Assembly (NCBI GenBank): GCA_965204455.1
Contig: CBDBEO010000004.1
Coordinates: 2,183,485 to 2,247,484, forward strand
Source: an uncultured Candidatus Binatia bacterium
Lineage (GTDB): Bacteria; Desulfobacterota; Binatia; Bin18
Direction: 5' to 3'
DNA: 64,000 nucleotides
The notes under the pieces were generated by a model. It had not been told where the DNA came from. It saw only the letters and a program-made list of their open reading frames with translations, and did not search any database. Position numbers and translations under genes: made by a program. Of this stretch, positions 48,509 through 58,118 are shown piece after piece. Within the stretch, counting starts at the first letter, position 1. The number at the start of each line of letters is the position of its first letter.

Positions 48509-49054
48509 ATGCGTCGTATTGCTAGTGGAGTCCTGCTCAGCGTCCTCGGCCTGGTGTGGCTGTCCGTTCCGGTCGCCGCCCAGGGGGTGAAGATTGGCTA
48601 TGTCGATCTCCAGCTGGCGCTCACCGAGTCGAGCGCCGGCCAGAGGGCCAAGCAGGCGTTCAGCGCCGAAATGAACCGCATGGAAACCCAGCTCCAGGAA
48701 CGCAAGAAAAAGGTCGAGACGCTCAAGGACGACCTGGAGAAGAAGGCCCAGCTACTGAGATCCGAGGAGCGGACCGAGCTGGCCCGTCAGTATCGGGTCG
48801 AAATCCGTGAATTTCAGCGTCTGCACGAGGACTCCAAAAAGGAACTCGAAATACGAGACCGCGAGCTGACCGGCCACATTCTGGTTGAGTTGCACCACAT
48901 CATCCACGACCTGGGCCAGCAGGGCGACTTCACGCTGATCCTGGAAGGCAACAACACGGTCGTCTTGTACGGCGCCCAAACCATCGACCTGACCCAAGCG
49001 GTGATTGCCGCCTACAACAAGAGAGGAACGAAGATTGCGCAGCCGATACGCTAG
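48509..49054 (+). CDS. skp: OmpH/Skp periplasmic chaperone
   Basis: Signal peptide. KIGYVDLQLALTES... and coiled-coil Skp pattern. Located directly after bamA. Confidence 0.8.
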   Translation: MRRIASGVLLSVLGLVWLSVPVAAQGVKIGYVDLQLALTESSAGQRAKQAFSAEMNRMETQLQERKKKVETLKDDLEKKAQLLRSEERTELARQYRVEIREFQRLHEDSKKELEIRDRELTGHILVELHHIIHDLGQQGDFTLILEGNNTVVLYGAQTIDLTQAVIAAYNKRGTKIAQPIR

Positions 49055-49084
49055 CGTGCGTCTCGGACTCCGCTGCCTGCCGGT

Positions 49085-49558
49085 ATGGATACCCTTGCGG
49101 CCCTGCTGCCCCACCGTTACCCTTTCCTGCTCGTTGACCGAGTCGTGGAGATCGTCGCTGCCGAACGGATTGTGGCGCTCAAAAACGTGACCATCAACGA
49201 ACCTTTCTTCCCCGGCCATTTTCCCGGCTATCCGGTCATGCCCGGCGTCCTGCTGTGTGAGGCTGTTGTCCAGGCCGGAGGCATTCTCGTCTGTTCGTCC
49301 GCGCCGGAAGGGGGTCGCCGTCCCCAGTACGCGCTGCTGACGGCGCTGGACAAGGTCCGCTTTCGGCGCCAAGTCACTCCAGGTGATCAGCTCCGCCTGG
49401 AGGCCGAGACCGTCCACCGGCGAAAGAAATTCTGGAAGATGCGTGGCACCGCCTCGGTGGCCGGTGCGCTGGCGGCTGAACTGGAATTTACGCTTGCCGA
49501 GACGGACCCGCCCGACAGCCGCAGGCCAGACACGCGGACGGATGGGGAGCGCTCATGA
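49085..49558 (+). CDS. fabZ: 3-hydroxyacyl-ACP dehydratase FabZ
   Basis: [15 protein letters not shown]...[23 protein letters not shown] canonical FabZ motifs. Confidence 0.9.
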   Translation: MDTLAALLPHRYPFLLVDRVVEIVAAERIVALKNVTINEPFFPGHFPGYPVMPGVLLCEAVVQAGGILVCSSAPEGGRRPQYALLTALDKVRFRRQVTPGDQLRLEAETVHRRKKFWKMRGTASVAGALAAELEFTLAETDPPDSRRPDTRTDGERS

Positions 49559-50382
49559 CGGCAGCCCCCCACATCCATCCCTCGGCAGTCGTCGCACCGG
49601 GCGCCGAACTCGACAGCGGAGTCCGGGTCGGGCCGTATACGGTCATTGGGCCGCATGTTCGGATCGGACGAGAAACCCAGGTCGGTCCCCACGCCGTCAT
49701 TGAGGGGCGGACCACAATCGGGCGGCACAACCATATTTTTCAGTTTGCCAGCGTCGGCGCGGTTCCCCAGGACAAAAAGTACGCCGGCGAAGACAGCCAG
49801 TTGATTATTGGCGATCACAATACCGTTCGGGAGTTTGCCACCCTCCAGCCCGGCACCACGGGAGGCGGCATGATCACCCGGGTCGGTGACCATAATCTGT
49901 TCATGGTCTACTCGCACGTCGCCCACGATTGCGCGCTGGGCAGCCATATTGTCATGGCCAACAGCGCCAACCTGGGCGGCCATGTCACGATCGAAGACTT
50001 TGCGGTGATCGGCGCGCTGGCCGGTATCCATCAATTCGCCCGGATCGGCGAATCCGCGATCATTGGCGCGGGAGCCATGGTTTCTCTCGATGTCCCGCCG
50101 TACTGTATGGCCCAGGGCGACCGGGCCTACCTGTTCGGCCTGAATCTGATCGGGCTCAAACGGCGCGGTTTTACGACCGCCCAGCTCGAAACCCTGAAAA
50201 AAGCCTATCGAGCCTTGTTCAGCGAGGGCGAACCGTTCAAGCAGGCTCTGGCCCGCGTCAGTCGGGAATACGGCGACGGTCCCGAGGTCGTCCACCTCGT
50301 GGAGTTTATCTCGCGCTCTCAGCGCGGTGTGTGTCGGCCCCGGAGTGGGGCGTCTGCCGACGCCGATGGGGCCGCCGGCTAG
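49555..50382 (+). CDS. lpxA: acyl-ACP--UDP-N-acetylglucosamine O-acyltransferase LpxA
   Basis: Left-handed beta-helix hexapeptide repeats. IHPSAVVAPGAELDSGVRVGPYTVIG. Confidence 0.9.
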   Translation: MTAAPHIHPSAVVAPGAELDSGVRVGPYTVIGPHVRIGRETQVGPHAVIEGRTTIGRHNHIFQFASVGAVPQDKKYAGEDSQLIIGDHNTVREFATLQPGTTGGGMITRVGDHNLFMVYSHVAHDCALGSHIVMANSANLGGHVTIEDFAVIGALAGIHQFARIGESAIIGAGAMVSLDVPPYCMAQGDRAYLFGLNLIGLKRRGFTTAQLETLKKAYRALFSEGEPFKQALARVSREYGDGPEVVHLVEFISRSQRGVCRPRSGASADADGAAG

Positions 50383-50416
50383 AGTCCGACGGACTCACCC
50401 ACAGATTGTAGACAGG

Positions 50417-51268
50417 ATGTCTCGATTCGGGCTGATCGCCGGCAACGGCCGCTTCCCCCTGCTCTTTGTTGAGGCGGCCCGCGCCCAGGGGCTCGACCTT
50501 GTGGCGGTCGCCCACCACGGCGAGACCCTGGAGACGCTGAACGATCTGGTGTCCGAGGTCAGCTGGGTTCGGGTTGGCGAGCTGGGCAAGATCATCGACA
50601 TCTTCAAGACCGCCGGCGTGACACAGGCCGTTATGGCCGGTGGGATCCACAAATCCGGCGCCCTGAGCCATATTCAGCCCGACGCGCGCGGTCTGGCGTT
50701 TATCAGTCGGCTGCCGAGTCTGAAGGATGATGTGATCTTGCGCGGCATTGCCCAAGAGCTGGAAGGCGAGGGTATCCGGGTGGTCGAGTCCACCCGTTTG
50801 CTGCCCGACCTGGTTCCCCAGCCGGGGGTGTTCACCCGGGCCGCTCCGGATGAGCGGCAGTGGCAGGACATCCGGCTGGGGGTTGAGGTGGCCAAGGAAA
50901 TCGGACGCTGGGATATTGGTCAGAGTGTGGTGGTCAAGCGCGGCACGGTGTTTGCCGTTGAGGGCTTGGAGGGCACAAATGCCGCGATCCGGCGCGGCGG
51001 AGAACTGGCCGGGTCTGGGCTGGTCATTGTCAAGGTCAGCAAGCCGCACCAAGACCTGCGCTTCGACGTGCCAACGGTTGGACCGGAGACGATTGAAGAG
51101 ATGCGGGCCGTTGAGGCGCGTGTGCTCGCCGTCGAAGCCGAGAAAACCCTGATGGTGGATAAGCCTGCGGTCGTTCGACAGGCTGATGCCGCCGGGCTGT
51201 GCGTGGTGGCCGTCTCAGTCACGAAAACGGAGACGGGTTTTCGGGTGTCGCAAGAACAGCGGGAGTAA
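50417..51268 (+). CDS. lpxI: UDP-2,3-diacylglucosamine hydrolase LpxI (DUF1009)
   Basis: MSRFGLIAGNGRFPLLF...DIGQSVVVKRGTVFAVEGLEGTNAAIRRGGELA...KVSKPHQDLRFDVPTVG LpxI pattern. The ORF caller used an upstream GTG. The displayed line 50401 has only 59 bases, so coordinates may be off by 1 in 50401-50460. Confidence 0.75.
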   Translation: MSRFGLIAGNGRFPLLFVEAARAQGLDLVAVAHHGETLETLNDLVSEVSWVRVGELGKIIDIFKTAGVTQAVMAGGIHKSGALSHIQPDARGLAFISRLPSLKDDVILRGIAQELEGEGIRVVESTRLLPDLVPQPGVFTRAAPDERQWQDIRLGVEVAKEIGRWDIGQSVVVKRGTVFAVEGLEGTNAAIRRGGELAGSGLVIVKVSKPHQDLRFDVPTVGPETIEEMRAVEARVLAVEAEKTLMVDKPAVVRQADAAGLCVVAVSVTKTETGFRVSQEQRE

Positions 51269-51284
51269 GAGGCGGTTGGTCGGA

Positions 51285-54200
51285 ATGGGTATGAAACAGC
51301 TAGTGTGGAGAAGTATTGGGGCATTGTTCTGGAGCGGGCTACTGTGCCTTGTGCCTGCCAGCAGCCTGGCCGATATCAAATTTGCCCTTGAAAACCCGGC
51401 ACCGGGCCAGGTTCTCAGCGGCATACGCGTGATATCGGGCTGGGCGTTTTCGACCGAGTCTGCTGAGCCGGTCAGCGTCCGCGTATGGATCGATGACGGT
51501 GAGGCCATTGAGGTACCGTGCTGTGTCGAGCGGGCCGATGTCGCAAACGGGCATCCCGATTATCCCCAAGCCCTTGCCAGTGGATTCGGCCAGGTCTTTA
51601 ACGCCGGCCTGCTCGAAAAAGGCGCCCATACCCTGACGATTGAAATTGAGGATGCGACCGGCGCGCGCGAGACACGAGCGCAGAGGATTGAAACCGTCAG
51701 ACCCGGTGGGTTTGAGTTTCTCGGCGCGCTCGATCTGGACCGGGCCGACGCCGAACTGAGCGAAGACAAACAAGAAATTGTGATCACCAGAGTGATCGTC
51801 CGGGAGAAAGGCAGCACCGAGTCCGAGGAGATCGAACTCCGTCTGGCCTGGCAGGAGAACCTCCAGGCGCTGGGCATTGTCGCCGCGCGCAACGAGAACG
51901 AAGAAAGCGCGTCTATGGCCGCTGCCCTCAGTGCCAGTCTTGAGGCTGCCGAGATGAGTGCCGAGGACCCGGTTGTGGAGCCCGTGCAGGTGAGTGCCGA
52001 GGAGTTGGCTGTAGAGCCCGACTGGGTGCGGAACCCGGCCATCATTCGGATTGATCCGAATAGCGGCAATCGAACCATTCTGTCCGACGTGCACACCCCG
52101 ACCAGAGCAGACCTGAGCGGTGCCGAGACCGAAGGCGACCAGACGCTGACCGATCCGGGGCCGACCTGGCTCATCCCCCAAGGGCTCACGATTGAGCCGG
52201 ACGGCCAGATTGCGGTGACCGATGCCGGCCGCGAAGCGCTGATCCGGGTCGATCCTGTCACGGGCCGGCGTCAAGCCTTCGCCGGCTCCGGGCCAAGCCT
52301 GGTCCGGCCGAACGGGGTTGCTGCCTATCCCCAGGAATCGGGCTTGGACCGAACGCTTGTGATTGCAGACTCCGGCCGCTCGGGTGTCCTTGAACTGAAC
52401 GGCAGCCGGACGATCATCTCGAACAGAGAGTTTGAGGACGAGCCCGAACAGGTGACCCTCCAGGACCCGTTTGGTATCGCGGTTGAGAACAACTGCACGG
52501 AGGATGACTGCCGGGTCGTGGTGTCCGATGCCGGCCTGCGGGCGATTGTTCGCCTCGATCGGGGGACCGAAGAGCGCCGCATTATCTCTGGACCGGAAGT
52601 CGGTAGCGGACCTGAACTACGGGTACCGGTTGACATTGATGTTGCGTCCGACGGCCAGCTGTTTGTTGTCGATGTCGGCCTCAACGCTATCGTGCGGGTC
52701 AATCCGACAAACGGGAGCCGGGCGATTGTGTCGGGCGCGGGGACCGGCGGCGGTCCCGATTTCCAGCGGGTCCGAGCCCTGGCGATTGAGTCGGACGGCC
52801 AGCTGGCTGTCGTGGATGAGGGCGCCCGGACTGTGCTCCGCGTCGATCCACGCAGCGGTGAGCGCCGCATTATTTCCGGGCCGGAGACCGGCGGCGGCCC
52901 TGAACTGCGGGTGCCGGTTGATATCGCCGTCGGCTCTAACGGCCAGTTGATTGTCGTTGATAGCGCGCCTTTTTCGGCCGCCTTTGAAAACCCGTTTGGA
53001 GATTTTATCGGCGGGATCGGTCTGGTGTCGGGCTGGGTCTTTCCCAACGTGTCCGCCGCCACTTTGAACAGTGTTGTGCTCACGATTGACGACAACGAGC
53101 CCATACAGATGCCGTGGGGTGCTTCGCGCGGGGATGTCCAGGCGTCTTTTCCTGAGCGGCCGTGGGCGGCGGAGAGTGGGTTCGGACTCGTCACCAACTT
53201 CAATATCTTGCCCAGCGGTTCACATACCTTTGCGCTGACGGTCGAGGATACGAGCGGGAGTTCTCACACCCTGCGCCGCAGCGTGGAGACCGTGAGACTG
53301 GACGATTCGGAGTTTCTGGACCAGTTCGATATGACGAACGCCGAAGTTGACATATTTGATGACACGGTATCCATCGAGCAGGTGCAGGTCCGGGATAAAG
53401 CCAGCCAGCGCAGTCGCAAGATCAACGCCAGCTTTGTCTGGCGGGAGAGCTGCCAGTGTTTTGTCGTGCAGGGCGAATGCGGTAATGGGAATATCGAATC
53501 CAACGAAGAGTGTGACGGTCAGACCTTCGGTGGACAAACGTGCCAGAGCCTGGGCTTTGACGCTGGAGACCTGAGCTGTACTGAGCAGTGTAATCTGGAC
53601 CTGGAGGAATGCACGGGGGGCATGCCGGTCCTGGTCGCCAATAGCGGAGACGACAGCGTTTCCGTGGTGAGTGCCGCGACCCATGAAGAGGTCGGCACTA
53701 TACCGGTCGGCGACAATCCCCGCAGCATAGCCGTCAGCCCGACCCAAACGCTTGCGTATGTGACCAACTTTGGCGACGGGACTGTGTCGGTCCTCGATCT
53801 CAGCGACCTCGCCGCCCTCACCGACCCCGCCTCCGACCTCCCAACGATTGACGTTGGCCATGCGCCTGTCGGTGTGGCCTTCAGGCCGGATGGGCAGTAC
53901 GCCTATGTGGTCAACGCGGGCCAGAATCGGGTCAGTGTGATCAATACGGACTCACAGACCGTTGAGACACACATACGGGTCGGGAGCGAACCGCAAGAGA
54001 TCGCCATCAATGCCGCCGGCACGCGGGCGTATGTCACCAACTCCGGGGACGGAACGGTCTCGGTCATTGATCTGGCGACAAACAAGCAGCTGACCACGGT
54101 CGCCGTCGGCGAGGATCCCAACGGGGTTGCGGTCCGCCCCGGCGATAGCCAAGTGTATGTCGTGAACTCGGAACAGGACGATAACACCGTGTCGATTATT

Positions 54201-54599
54201 GACACGCATACGAACCGCGTGGTGGCGACGCTGACCCGAGAAGAAGACGAGGGCCGTATCGGACTCGTGCCGCAGAAGGTCACGTTTTCTCCCGATGGCC
54301 GCAGGGCTTTTGTGACCAACTCACTCGACGATACGGTGTCGATCATTGATGCCGCAACACGGGCCAATCTGGATACGCCCTATGTCAGGCGATATCGCTA
54401 CCGCACGGTGTATGACCAGCCGAACGGGATTCTGGTCACTCCCAACGGACTGCGCTTTTACGTCTCGTTGTTTGGCCGGAGTGGACAGGGTGACTATCTC
54501 GCCGTTTTCAGCGTGAAGAACGACCACCCCCGGTACGGGCTGATCGACTTCATCGAGGTCGGAGAGGGGCCGGTCGGCCTGGCGGGTGGGCCGGGTTAG
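51285..54599 (+). CDS. large secreted multi-repeat surface protein: two copies of the SGW.../GFG domain shared with the LRR protein, RVDP..G.R..ISG repeats, a Myxococcus-type Cys-rich repeat and C-terminal YVTN beta-propeller repeats
   Basis: Signal peptide MGMKQLVWRSIGALFWSGLLCLVPASSLA. Cys-rich repeat CGNGNIESNEECDG..C..C. YVTN units AYVTNFGDGTVSVLDL, AYVVNAGQNRVSVIN, AYVTNSGDGTVSVIDL, VYVVNSEQDDNTVSIID and AFVTNSLDDTVSIID. Confidence 0.8.
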   Translation: MGMKQLVWRSIGALFWSGLLCLVPASSLADIKFALENPAPGQVLSGIRVISGWAFSTESAEPVSVRVWIDDGEAIEVPCCVERADVANGHPDYPQALASGFGQVFNAGLLEKGAHTLTIEIEDATGARETRAQRIETVRPGGFEFLGALDLDRADAELSEDKQEIVITRVIVREKGSTESEEIELRLAWQENLQALGIVAARNENEESASMAAALSASLEAAEMSAEDPVVEPVQVSAEELAVEPDWVRNPAIIRIDPNSGNRTILSDVHTPTRADLSGAETEGDQTLTDPGPTWLIPQGLTIEPDGQIAVTDAGREALIRVDPVTGRRQAFAGSGPSLVRPNGVAAYPQESGLDRTLVIADSGRSGVLELNGSRTIISNREFEDEPEQVTLQDPFGIAVENNCTEDDCRVVVSDAGLRAIVRLDRGTEERRIISGPEVGSGPELRVPVDIDVASDGQLFVVDVGLNAIVRVNPTNGSRAIVSGAGTGGGPDFQRVRALAIESDGQLAVVDEGARTVLRVDPRSGERRIISGPETGGGPELRVPVDIAVGSNGQLIVVDSAPFSAAFENPFGDFIGGIGLVSGWVFPNVSAATLNSVVLTIDDNEPIQMPWGASRGDVQASFPERPWAAESGFGLVTNFNILPSGSHTFALTVEDTSGSSHTLRRSVETVRLDDSEFLDQFDMTNAEVDIFDDTVSIEQVQVRDKASQRSRKINASFVWRESCQCFVVQGECGNGNIESNEECDGQTFGGQTCQSLGFDAGDLSCTEQCNLDLEECTGGMPVLVANSGDDSVSVVSAATHEEVGTIPVGDNPRSIAVSPTQTLAYVTNFGDGTVSVLDLSDLAALTDPASDLPTIDVGHAPVGVAFRPDGQYAYVVNAGQNRVSVINTDSQTVETHIRVGSEPQEIAINAAGTRAYVTNSGDGTVSVIDLATNKQLTTVAVGEDPNGVAVRPGDSQVYVVNSEQDDNTVSIIDTHTNRVVATLTREEDEGRIGLVPQKVTFSPDGRRAFVTNSLDDTVSIIDAATRANLDTPYVRRYRYRTVYDQPNGILVTPNGLRFYVSLFGRSGQGDYLAVFSVKNDHPRYGLIDFIEVGEGPVGLAGGPG

Positions 54600-54648
54600 A
54601 CAGAGTTGACTCCCAAGACGGAAAGTGGCACTATCGCCTGACCCTCGT

Positions 54649-54721
54649 GGGGCCGTAGCTCAGCTGGGAGAGCGCTTGACTGGCAGTCAAGAGGTCGGCA
54701 GTTCGATCCTGCTCGGCTCCA
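54649..54721 (+). tRNA. tRNA-Ala (anticodon GGC)
   Basis: GGGGCCGTAGCTCAGCTGGGAGAGCGCTTGACTGGCAGTCAAGAGGTCGGCAGTTCGATCCTGCTCGGCTCCA. G3:U70 Ala identity pair, cloverleaf folds, no encoded CCA. Confidence 0.9.
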
Positions 54722-54775
54722 CTCGTCCGCCCCTTTTTCCCGTCGCACACCAGACAGCGCCAAACATTGTGTGAT

Positions 54776-55507
54776 CTACACCTCGAGCACCCAACCGTCG
54801 TAGGCACACTCGAAGCGTATTTCCCCCTGGTGGACGAGAACCTCGCGTCCCAGATGGCTGAGGACCAGGCGCTGACAGCCCAGGCGGGCGCGCTCCCGCA
54901 GCAGCTCCGGATAGCTCAGGTGAAAAGGCGTTTGTGAGTCAAAATAGCAGCACTCACAGATAAAGATGTCGGTGCCTTGGGAGTAGTGGACCAGGTTTTC
55001 GTTCCAGCCGCAGTCGCCCGAGTACAGAAGGGTCTTCCCGTCCAGGCGCACCTGATAGCCGAAGCAGGTCTCTTTCTCCAGGTGAGGCACGACAAAGGGC
55101 GTGAGTTCGACCCCATCCACGTCCGCGGTGCGGTCGGCCCTGAGTTCCCGGTACACAATCGGGAAGGTCAGCGGGCGCTCGGCCAGCTCCCCAAACATCG
55201 CCCGGTAGAGCGATTCGACGCGGGTTTGCAGATTTGGCGGGCCGGTGATGACGAGCGGCCGCGAGCGGGGCTGCTGGTACAAACTCTCCAGGAAAAAAAA
55301 AGGCAGGCCGCCGAAATGATCGCCGTGCATATGGCTGATGGCGATAAAATCTATGCGCTCGGCCGGGATCTTCAAATCTTTCAGCGCCAGCAGGGTCGTC
55401 GCTCCACAGTCGAGCAGGAAGCCCGTGCGGCCAGATTCAACAAGATAGCCGCTGTGACGCCGACCGCCGCTGTTAAAGGCATCGCCCGAGCCGAGTACCG
55501 TAATTCG
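54776..55507 (-). CDS. MBL-fold metallo-hydrolase
   Basis: MRITVLGSGDAF...ISHMHGDHFGGLPFF metallo-beta-lactamase motifs. Start taken at the internal Met (MRITV). Confidence 0.75.
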   Translation of the reverse strand, partial: RITVLGSGDAFNSGGRRHSGYLVESGRTGFLLDCGATTLLALKDLKIPAERIDFIAISHMHGDHFGGLPFFFLESLYQQPRSRPLVITGPPNLQTRVESLYRAMFGELAERPLTFPIVYRELRADRTADVDGVELTPFVVPHLEKETCFGYQVRLDGKTLLYSGDCGWNENLVHYSQGTDIFICECCYFDSQTPFHLSYPELLRERARLGCQRLVLSHLGREVLVHQGEIRFECAYDGWVLEV

Positions 55508-55668
55508 CATCGCCTGCTCACAAGAGTATGACTCAAGTCTCAGCCTAGCGAGTTTGTCAGTCCGACTCAACTGTCCGACCCACACCCGCCCGCAGCGCCG
55601 TTTTCTTTACTTCCCGGTGCAGCTGGGCTAAGGGGGGAAGGCTCAGACCTCTTGATTGGAGACTCGGG

Positions 55669-56565
55669 GTGCGTGCTTTCAGTTCTGCCGGCTACACCGT
55701 TCCGCTGGGGCGTCACTCGTATCCGATGGACAAGTACCGTCTGGTGCCGGAACGTCTGCTGGCCACCGGTGTGCTCACCCGGGACGAAATCCGTGAGCCT
55801 CAGCCGGTCACGCGAGACGACATTCTGCGGGTCCACACCCCGGAATACGTCCACGCCTTTTGCAGCGGGAGGCTCGACCGCCGGGCCATGCTGCGGCTCG
55901 GTCTGCCCTGGTCCGCAGCCCTGGTTCGCCGCGCCTTTGTGGTGATTGGCGGCACTCTGGCGGCGAGCCGCGTCGCCCTGTCCGACGGACTGGGGGTGAA
56001 TTTAGCCGGCGGCACCCACCACGCGTTTGCCGACCACGGCGAGGGCTACTGTATTTTTCACGATATGGTCATCAGCCTGCGGCGGCTGCGGCACGAGGGC
56101 GTGGCCCGGCGTTTTCTGATTATCGATCTCGATGTCCACCAGGGTAACGGCACTGCGGCGCTGTGTCAGACCGACCCGGACGTGTTCACCTTTTCCATGC
56201 ACGCCGCAAACAATTACCCGGCCCGCAAAGAGCACAGCTCGTGGGATATTGCCCTGCCCGACCACACCACCGATGCGCCCTACCTCGACCGCCTCCAGAC
56301 GGCCCTGGCCCGCCTTCTGGAACGCTGCGAGCCTGAGCTGATTTTCTACCAGGCCGGTGTTGATGTCTTGGCCGGCGACCGTTTCGGTCGGCTCGATCTC
56401 AGCATGCACGGGCTTGGAGAGCGGGACCGGCTGGTAGCCCGCTTCGCCCGTCAGGCCGGCCTGCCGCTTGTGGTGACCTTCGGGGGTGGCTATGCGCGGG
56501 ATATCAACGTGATTGTCGAGGCCCACTGTCAGACGGTCGAGCTTGTCGGGGCGTGCCTGGGCTGA
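55669..56565 (+). CDS. histone deacetylase-family amidohydrolase (AcuC/HDAC-like)
   Basis: ...HHAFADHGEGYCIFHDM...IIDLDVHQGNGT...FGGGY arginase/deacetylase-fold motifs. Confidence 0.85.
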   Translation: MRAFSSAGYTVPLGRHSYPMDKYRLVPERLLATGVLTRDEIREPQPVTRDDILRVHTPEYVHAFCSGRLDRRAMLRLGLPWSAALVRRAFVVIGGTLAASRVALSDGLGVNLAGGTHHAFADHGEGYCIFHDMVISLRRLRHEGVARRFLIIDLDVHQGNGTAALCQTDPDVFTFSMHAANNYPARKEHSSWDIALPDHTTDAPYLDRLQTALARLLERCEPELIFYQAGVDVLAGDRFGRLDLSMHGLGERDRLVARFARQAGLPLVVTFGGGYARDINVIVEAHCQTVELVGACLG

Positions 56566-56597
56566 GCGGCTCCTCCGGACGGTGAACGATACTGCCC

Positions 56598-58103
56598 TTA
56601 CTCGGCACTCACCACCGGCAGGTTCTCCCCGATCGCCAGACGCGACAGAATCGTGCGCAGCTCGTCGTCCGATACGCCCGAGTCGGCCGGCGTCTGAAAA
56701 AAGAGCGCCACCTGCTGGTCTTCCAGAGAGCGCTGGGCGAGGCGGGCCTGGGCGCGTATCCGGACCAGGGGACCGATGAGCCGGGCCAGTTCCGAGGTGA
56801 AGCGGGCGGCCAGCAACAGGGCGTGGCCCGCGCTCCGCGCCTCGGCAAGCGCCTCACGATAGACGGCGACCATGCCCGCGTGGAGCACGAACGCGGTTTT
56901 TGTCTCCTCCCAGAGTTCGCCCTCGACCGTCCCCCAGGTCAGCGCCATGTCGTCGATAACCGGCCACAGCTCGGGCTGGAGGGCCGGGGCGCTCTCGGCC
57001 GCAATCAGACGGACCAGGACCGCCTTCCACTCGTCTGACAGCCGGGCCGGCTCTCGGACGTGCCAGCGCCGGGGCGGCAGGGGGCGGGCCAGGATTGTGC
57101 CCTCGGCGCTCAGGACGAGGTGGTCTTCGACCGACTGGCCGAGCAGCGTCAGGCTGGCGATATGACGCACCTGGCCGTCCTCACTATGTTCCGTTCGCAA
57201 GGCGTGGGCGTTGACCGACAGGACGGGATGGTAGTAGACCCGGCCCCGGTCATACACCTTCTCGATTCCGTCGCGCAGCTGGACGCAGGTGTGAGCCGCA
57301 GGGAAGAAGTACTCGTGCGGAGCGGGTGTCCAATCGACCTCAGCCTCGCGCATCTCCATGCGCAGGGCTGCCTCTTGGGCGCCACGGGTGAAGCGCTCGC
57401 GGATGCTGCCGGCTTCTCCGCCGCTATGAAAGGCTTCGCGCAGCGTCCCGAACAAGCGTTCGCTGGGGTAGGGACCACGGTAGCGGAGGAGCCGCTTGCC
57501 CTGATCCTGGCTCAGCAGCGACAGGACGTTGAGCAGGCTTGACCCGGCTCCGGTCGGCAGGAGGCCGGGGGCGTCGAGGGGTGGAATCGCCGTCACATCG
57601 GTGTAGCGCACCGCCCGAAAAAGGGTCAGGAAACGTTGTTGACGAAAGCCGACCTCGCCGTCCAGGGTCCATACACAGTCCGAAGTGCCCCAACCCAGAT
57701 GGGACGCCGTGGCTGCGGTCACGCCCAGAAAACGGCCGTCAAGTCCGCGCACCTTACAGCGCTGGAGTGCCCGCCGACTCCCCTCGTCCCGCCAGCCGAG
57801 GAGGAGCAGCAGGCGTCCGTGGCGGTCAAACGTCGCCAGGCGCAGCGGCTGGCGGGACGGTCCATCCCCGGGTACGAAAAGACTCAGGCTGCCGTGCCGA
57901 GAGCGGCGGGCGACGAGCCGCGCGTTATGACGCAGGTCGCCTGCGGTGTCGGTGACGGCCTGGCTCAGAGCGTGTCTGAGACGCCCGAGCTGCTCGGGCG
58001 CGACCTCTTCCAGGGCCAGGGTTTCGAGGGCCAGGGCCAGACTCTCGGGAGCGATGCGGTTGGTCATGAACGGAACGCCTTCCGTGGGAATGCCATGGCT
58101 CAC
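56598..58103 (-). CDS. 501-aa hypothetical protein co-transcribed downstream of the Hel308-like helicase
   Basis: High-GC3 ORF 16 nt after the helicase stop. No recognisable domain. Confidence 0.55.
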   Translation of the reverse strand: MSHGIPTEGVPFMTNRIAPESLALALETLALEEVAPEQLGRLRHALSQAVTDTAGDLRHNARLVARRSRHGSLSLFVPGDGPSRQPLRLATFDRHGRLLLLLGWRDEGSRRALQRCKVRGLDGRFLGVTAATASHLGWGTSDCVWTLDGEVGFRQQRFLTLFRAVRYTDVTAIPPLDAPGLLPTGAGSSLLNVLSLLSQDQGKRLLRYRGPYPSERLFGTLREAFHSGGEAGSIRERFTRGAQEAALRMEMREAEVDWTPAPHEYFFPAAHTCVQLRDGIEKVYDRGRVYYHPVLSVNAHALRTEHSEDGQVRHIASLTLLGQSVEDHLVLSAEGTILARPLPPRRWHVREPARLSDEWKAVLVRLIAAESAPALQPELWPVIDDMALTWGTVEGELWEETKTAFVLHAGMVAVYREALAEARSAGHALLLAARFTSELARLIGPLVRIRAQARLAQRSLEDQQVALFFQTPADSGVSDDELRTILSRLAIGENLPVVSAE

Positions 58104-58118
58104 CTGCGGCTGACCGGC

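Noticed and set aside
50401-50460. Sequence display line 50401 shows only 59 bases
   Set aside because: This is a formatting issue, not biology. Coordinates inside this line, for example the lpxI ATG, may be off by 1. The ORF-track protein MSRFGLIAG... confirms the reading frame.
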